Part shown: piece by piece, positions 58,208 through 64,000 of the stretch
How the letters are laid out: every line of letters starts with the position of its first letter
Position numbering within the stretch: the first letter of the stretch is position 1
From: Malacoraja senta
Lineage: Eukaryota
Direction: 5' to 3'
Length of the DNA: 64,000 bases
NCBI GenBank assembly: GCA_038087875.1
Contig: CM075993.1
Coordinates: forward strand, 6,822,001 to 6,886,000
Notes under the pieces: model-generated
Databases searched by the model: none
Seen by the model: the letters and a program-made list of their open reading frames with translations, nothing else
Told to the model about the DNA's origin: nothing
Made by a program: the position numbers and the translations under genes

Positions 58208-58495
58208 AAGGTGGCGCAGCGGTAGAGTTGCTGCCTCACAGCGCCAGAGACCCAGGTTCGATCCTGACAACGGGGGCTGCCTGGATGGAGTTTGTACGTT
58301 CTCCCCGTGGCCGGGCGGGTTTTCTCCGGGTGCTCCGATTTCCTCCCACACACCAAAGATCGTACAGGTCGGTAGGTTAATTGGTAAAGACATTCGAAAT
58401 TGTCCCTATTGTGTCCGTGTACGGGGTAATCGCTGGTCGGCACGGACTCGGTGGGCCAAAGGGCCTGTTTCAGGGTTGTTTCTCAAAAATCTCTA
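58208..58495 (+). mobile_element. tRNA-derived SINE about 25 bp downstream of exon I
   Basis: GGTGGCGCAGCGGTAGAG...GGTTCGATCC head followed by the core. Confidence 0.85.
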
Positions 58496-61400
58496 AAAAT
58501 CAAAAACTGTGCATCTTATTTCATAATATGCTGCCTATTTATTGCTGGTGGTTGGTGGAACCTGTCATCTATGTCCTAAGACATACATCTGCCCGCTCTC
58601 CAGTGTCCATGTCCTGTTGTCGTCATCTGCCTCATGGGGATGTCATAAATGGGGACGCTGACTCACATTTGCATCATATTTAGTTCTATTCATTGCTCCT
58701 CTTAAAAGGAAGTGGGCTGGAGAGAGCTGACAGAGCTGCTTCCTCACACCGCCAGAGACAAGGGTTTCATCCGCATTAATCAATCAATCAATCAGTTTTA
58801 TTCCTCACTTCCACATAAAGTCCAAGTGAAATGAATTTGCCAGCAGCGAGCGGTACAATGAAAAAAGAACACACAAAAACACAATACAAATGTAACACAC
58901 ACATCCACCACAGCATTCGTCACTGTGGTGGAAGGCACAAAATTTGGCCAGTCCTCCTCCATTTTCCCCCGTGGTCGGGACCTCAACCCTCCGCAGCCGC
59001 TGCTGCGGGCGTCCAGGTGTGCAGAAAAGGTCAAAAGTCCAGGTAAGTCCTCAATCGGTGCTTCCCTACTGGAGACCGCGGCTTCAGGTTGGTGTAGGCC
59101 GCAGGCCGGCGGCCGAAGATTTAAAGTTCCCGCCGCGCCGCAGCCAGAAGCACCGCGGACCGCAGGGCCGGCGGTCGAAGCTCCCCTCCAGGGATCCTCG
59201 GCGAGGGACCCCGCTCCTGATTATTACATTAGGGATCAATTATCAAGGCCAATTAACTTTAAACCTGTGTTAAAGAAGGAACTGCAGATGCTGGAAAATC
59301 GAAGGTACACAAAAATGCTGGAGAAACTCAGCGGGTGCAGCAGCATCTATGGAGCGAAGGAAATAGGCAACGTTTCGGCCCGAAACCCTTCCGGGTTTCG
59401 TCCCGAAACTTTGCCTATTTCCTTCAGGGTTTTCGGCCCGAAACGTTGCCTATTTCCTTCGCTCCATAGATGCTGCTGCACCCGCTGAGTTTCTCCAGCA
59501 TTTTTGTGTACCTTAACTTTAAACCTGCACATCTTTGGGACGTGAGAGAAAACCGGTGCACTCGGTGGAAACCGGTGTGATCATAGGGAGAACGTGCAAA
59601 CGGATAGCACCTCAAGGTCAGGGTTGAACCCTGATCTCTGGCGGTGTGAGGAAGCAGCGTTATCAGCTGAGGCACTGTGTTGCCCATTGCAAAGTGGAGT
59701 ATAGAACCCTGCAATTGGATACAGGTAGTTTATCGGAGCAAGTAAACGCGTGGCAATGTGAGTTTAAAATGAGAAAGTGTTACGTTGTGCACTCCGGTAG
59801 AGAAGAATCTAAAGGCAGAGTATTAGCTAAATGCAGAAACATTGTAGATGAACAAAGCACAGAGGGAGGGGTAGCACAGTGGCTTAGTGGCAGAGTTGCT
59901 GCCTTACAGCACCAGAGACATGCGTTCAATTACGACTACCGGTGCTGTAAGTACGGAGTGTGTACATTCTTCCCGTGACCGCCTTCTCCAGGTTTTCTCC
60001 GGGTGCTCCGGTTTCCTTCCACACTCCAAAGACGTATGGGTTTGTAGGTTAATTGGCTTCAGTAAAAATTGTAAATTGTCCCTGGTGTGTAGTGTGTAGT
60101 GCTGGTGTGTGGGGGTCGCTGGTCGGCACGGACACGATGGGCCGAAGGGCCTGTATCCGCACTCTATCTCTAAACGAAAGGGATCTAGGTTTTATCGTAG
60201 CGTGAATCACAAAACATTAGTAAACAGGTGCTCATGAAGTTGGCACCAGGCCTATTTTGAATCTTTTTCAAAATGTCTATGTACACGTACAAATCACGGA
60301 ACCTATCGCTCTCCACACAAAGGTAGGGATCGGTTTCAGATCACAAGTGGTCAAGGAGTCGAGTGGCTCCCAGCTGTGTACTGTTCTAAAGTGAGATACA
60401 ACTGGACCATGTGATTTCAAAACCATCTCTTCACGAAAATTTCTATCAATCAAAAATTCTTGGTTCACATAATTTCTTTATAGGTATCTGAACATTTAAT
60501 TATTAATGTGCGTTAGAATATTACTGGATATATATGTATTTTTGATTAATATAATAGGTGCACAAGAGGTCCTTTTTGGTATCTATGTTCTTTGTTATTA
60601 ATGCTTCTTTCCCACAAGGGTAACGAGGACCTTTAGTTTAGTTTAGTTCAGAGATACAGCGAGGAAACGGGCCCTTCGGTCCACCGAGTCCTCACCGACC
60701 AGCGATCCCCGCACATTAACACTATCCTCCACACACCAGGGCCAATTTACAATTATATCAAGCCAATTAACCTACAAACCTGTATGTCTTTCGAGTGTGG
60801 GAAGAAACCGGAGCTCCCGGAGAGAACCCATGCAGGTCACGGGGAGAACGTACAAACTGCGTACAGACAGCACTCGTGTCTCTGACGCTGCAAGGAAGCA
60901 ACTCTACTGCCCCTAATGCAGTTGAAAAGATATGACTATGTTAGACTTATCTTGTAGAAACAAGGAACTGCAGGTGTTGATTTACACAAAAGAGGAACAA
61001 AGTGCTGGAGTAAATCAGCGGGTCAAGCAGCATCTATAGCGAGCATCTGACAAAATGGAGAGACAATGCAGCCGACAAAATGGGAAAACAAGAACCTGCA
61101 GAAGGGTCCAAACCCGAAACGTCACCGATCCATGTTCTCCAGAGATGCTGCTTGACCCGGCTGTTACCTCTGCACTCTGTGTCCTTTCGGGCTTATCTTT
61201 GCTGTATACGTTACAGGTGGAGATGAGGAAGCTCTCTTTATTGAGATGAGGAAACTCTTCTGCAGTTTCTCCTTTTACTATTTGAGTAAGAGCTTTTTGG
61301 CCTCCAGTTGCACAATATGATTATTTTTCATTGAAGAACTTCCATTGATATCACTTCTGTCACAATCTTGGGGCATCCAAAGCACATTTGTGTTAATTAG

Positions 61401-61509
61401 ATATTGTTGGAGTGTGGTCACTTTTAGAGTGCAGCCTGAATGGAGGAAAGCTAGCAGCTATTTATACACTGCAAGCTTCCACTGACAGCAATGAGGTAAT
61501 AACTAGTTT

Positions 61510-61970
61510 AGAGTCATAGTCATAGAGTGATACCGTGTGGAAACAGGCCCAACTTGCCCACACCGGCCTACATGTCCCAGCTACACTAGTCCCACCTGCC
61601 TGCATTTGGCCCATATCCCTCCAAACTTGTCCTATCCATGTACCTGTCTAACTGCTTCTTAAATGTTGGGATAGTCCCAGCCTCAACTACCTCCTCTGGC
61701 AGGTTGTTCCATACACCCACCACCCTTTGTGTGAAAACGTTACCCCTCAGATTCCTATTAAATGTTTTCCCCTTCACCTTGAACTTATGTCCTCTGGTCC
61801 TCGATTCCCCTGCTCTGGGCAAGAGATTCTGTGCATCTACCCGATCTATTCCTCTCATGATTTTGTACACCTCTATAAGATCACCCCTCATCCTCCTGCG
61901 CTCCATGGAGTAGAGACCCAGCCTACTCAACCTCTCCCTATAGCTCACACCCTCTAGTCCTGGCAACAAC
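61510..61970 (-). mobile_element. CR1-clade LINE 3' fragment, second subfamily
   Basis: ORF 61586-62089 contains ERRRMRGDLIEVYKI...RVVGVWNNLP; (GACTCTAT)-type tail. Confidence 0.88.
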
Positions 61971-62504
61971 TTCCAGTGTAGCACCTGCTCCAGCTTTACC
62001 ACCTGATCTTGGATATTATGCTCAAGCTCTTGCAGTGGATCTAGAAGCCACGACTGTCTGAAACCTTTCGGCCATTGATAGGCCATCAAATAGTGAAAGG
62101 GCTGGATAGAGTGAATGTGGAGAGGATGTTTCCACTAGTGGGAGAGTCTAGGACCAGAGGCCATAGCCTCAGAATAAAAAGACGTACCTTCAGAAAGGAG
62201 GAATTTCTTTAGTCAGAGGGTGGTGAATCTGTGGAATTCTTTGCCACAGAAGGCTGTGAAGGCAAAGTCAGTGGACATTTTTAAGGTGGAGATAGATAGA
62301 TTCTTGATTAGTGCGGGTGTCAGGGGTTATGGGGAGAAGGCAGGAGAATGGGGTTGAGAGGGAAAGATAGATCAGCCATGATTGAATGGGCCAAATGGCC
62401 TACTTGATGGGCCAAATGGCCTACTTGTGCTGTTAGAACTTATGAACATAAGAATTTGTATGGTTTGGGTGTCATGAGAGGTAACATTACTTGACCTATA
62501 TGTG

Positions 62505-62805
62505 CGGCACGGTGGCACAGCGGTAGAGTTGCTGCCTTACAGAGCTTACAGCGCCGTAGACCCTGGTTCGATCCTGACTATGGGTCTATCTATACGGCGT
62601 TTGTACGTTCTCCCCATGACCGCGTGGGTTTTCTCCAAGATCTTCCGTTTCCTCCCACACTCCAAAGACGTGCAGGTTTGCAGCTTAATTACCTTGGTAT
62701 GAATGTAATTTGTCCTTAGTGTTAATGTGCGGGGATCGCTGGTCGGCACGGACTCGGTGGGCCGAAGAGCCTGATTCCGCGCTGTATCTCTAAACTAAAC
62801 TAAAC
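62505..62805 (+). mobile_element. tRNA-derived SINE
   Basis: A and B boxes, core, and (CTAAA)n tail. Confidence 0.85.
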
Positions 62806-64000
62806 CATGTCTTCAGCGACGCTTGGAATTGTTGATCCATATCAAGCGTTTCAGCCTGGTTGATAATTTTACCGTTTGAAAAGGTCTGCCTGGTAATCAG
62901 ACTCTTCTTTGTGGCTGGATGGACGTAAGCAGTTACCTGCGTAAGCAATGACCTCATTTGCCAGAAGTGTACACAGCCTTGAGAGGGAGGAAACCTGAGC
63001 CTCTTGACCTCATGCCGTGGACAGCTGCCTCTCCATCGGACCAACAGCGAGACGCGGGATGGAAATATGGAAAAGTACTTGCAGCTCGAGATCAAAGGCT
63101 CTGAGGGTTTAAATAGATGCGGGCACACTGGGGATGGCCGTTCTCTCATGGGATCTGTTGACCTGCCAGGGATTAAAAAGGCCAGAATCTGTTGGAACTA
63201 TTTGAAGTAAACTATTGTGTTTGTGATTCGGAAAATGGCTTGCACTACACCATAAATGTGTACGATTTCTGTCGGGCTGTGACCAGTGAATCGGCCATTA
63301 GCGTGGCCTTATCCCAACTCAGACAACGGGCTGTCCAGTGATGATTCTTGCTGCAATGTGGAAGGAAGCTGATGAGCCGTGAGCTTTAGACTTTTGAGAT
63401 ACAGCGCAGAAACAGGCCATTTGGCCCAGCGATCCCCGTATACTCCTTCTATCCCACACACTAACTGTCACTGTATGTCGTTGTCACTTGTGGGCGGAGC
63501 ACCAAGGCAAATTCCTTGTATGTGAATGCTTGGCCAATAAACTTATTCATTCATTCATCCGACATACTAGGGACAATTTTACAGAAGCCAATTAACCTGG
63601 AGACCTGCACATCTTTGGGATGTTGGAGGAAACAGGAGCACCCTGAGGAAACACATGCAAGTCACAGGGAGACCGGACAAACTCCACACAGACAGCACCC
63701 ATAGTCTGGATCGAACCTGGGTCTCTGGCCCTGTAATGGCCCTGTCCCAAGATGCGAGTTTATTCAAGAGCTTTTCCGAGTTTAAAAAAAAATCAAACTC
63801 GTGGTAAGCACGGAGAATTAACGTAGCAGGTACGTGGGAGCTCGGGGACGCCTCTTAGCGGCTCGTAACGCTAACGGCAGGTACTCGGGAAGACTCGCTA
63901 ATGGCAAGTAAGCACGGGAAGACTCGTGAAGATTTTTCAACATGTTGAAAAATGTCCACGAGAGCCCCGAGTACCGGCGAGCGGCCATTACCGTAAATCT

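Noticed and set aside
58925..59488. 187-aa ORF or CpG-island promoter
   Set aside because: GC-rich LINE-type 3' region fused to SINE and Penelope pieces.
63004..63210. Possible next paracaspase exon (LEIKGS resembling LEIRSS)
   Set aside because: Similarity is limited to a few residues, with no LTDP or W..AH motifs and no convincing splice sites.

Overview
This is vertebrate genomic DNA. The repeat complement (HE1/V-SINE-like SINEs, HER1/CR1-like LINEs) suggests a cartilaginous fish such as a skate or ray, which is an inference. The window lies within one plus-strand gene, a MALT1-family paracaspase, probably a PCASP2/PCASP3-type paralog. I traced nine exons from the end of Ig1 through Ig2 and the linker into the caspase-like domain, where the His-Cys dyad (YYAGHG / LDMCRK) is intact. 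The 5' exons (death domain, start of Ig1) and 3' exons were not found and probably lie outside the window. Two frame problems fall in the two Ig2 exons only, and skipping both exons restores the frame, so the locus could be an assembly error, a young pseudogene, or an Ig2-less paracaspase. The introns are mostly transposon-derived: tRNA-derived SINEs, CR1-, Rex/Babar- and L1-type 3' fragments, PIF/Harbinger and hAT MITEs, and many short Penelope-like fragments. The Penelope-like fragments carry a minimal hammerhead-ribozyme core (CTGAAGA-A-GGGTCTCGACCC-GAAACGTC) and often form TSD-flanked inverted hairpin pairs. There is a 200-N gap at 38841-39040. Most ORFs in the supplied track are repeat-derived or spurious, and repeat boundaries are approximate unless a TSD is given.
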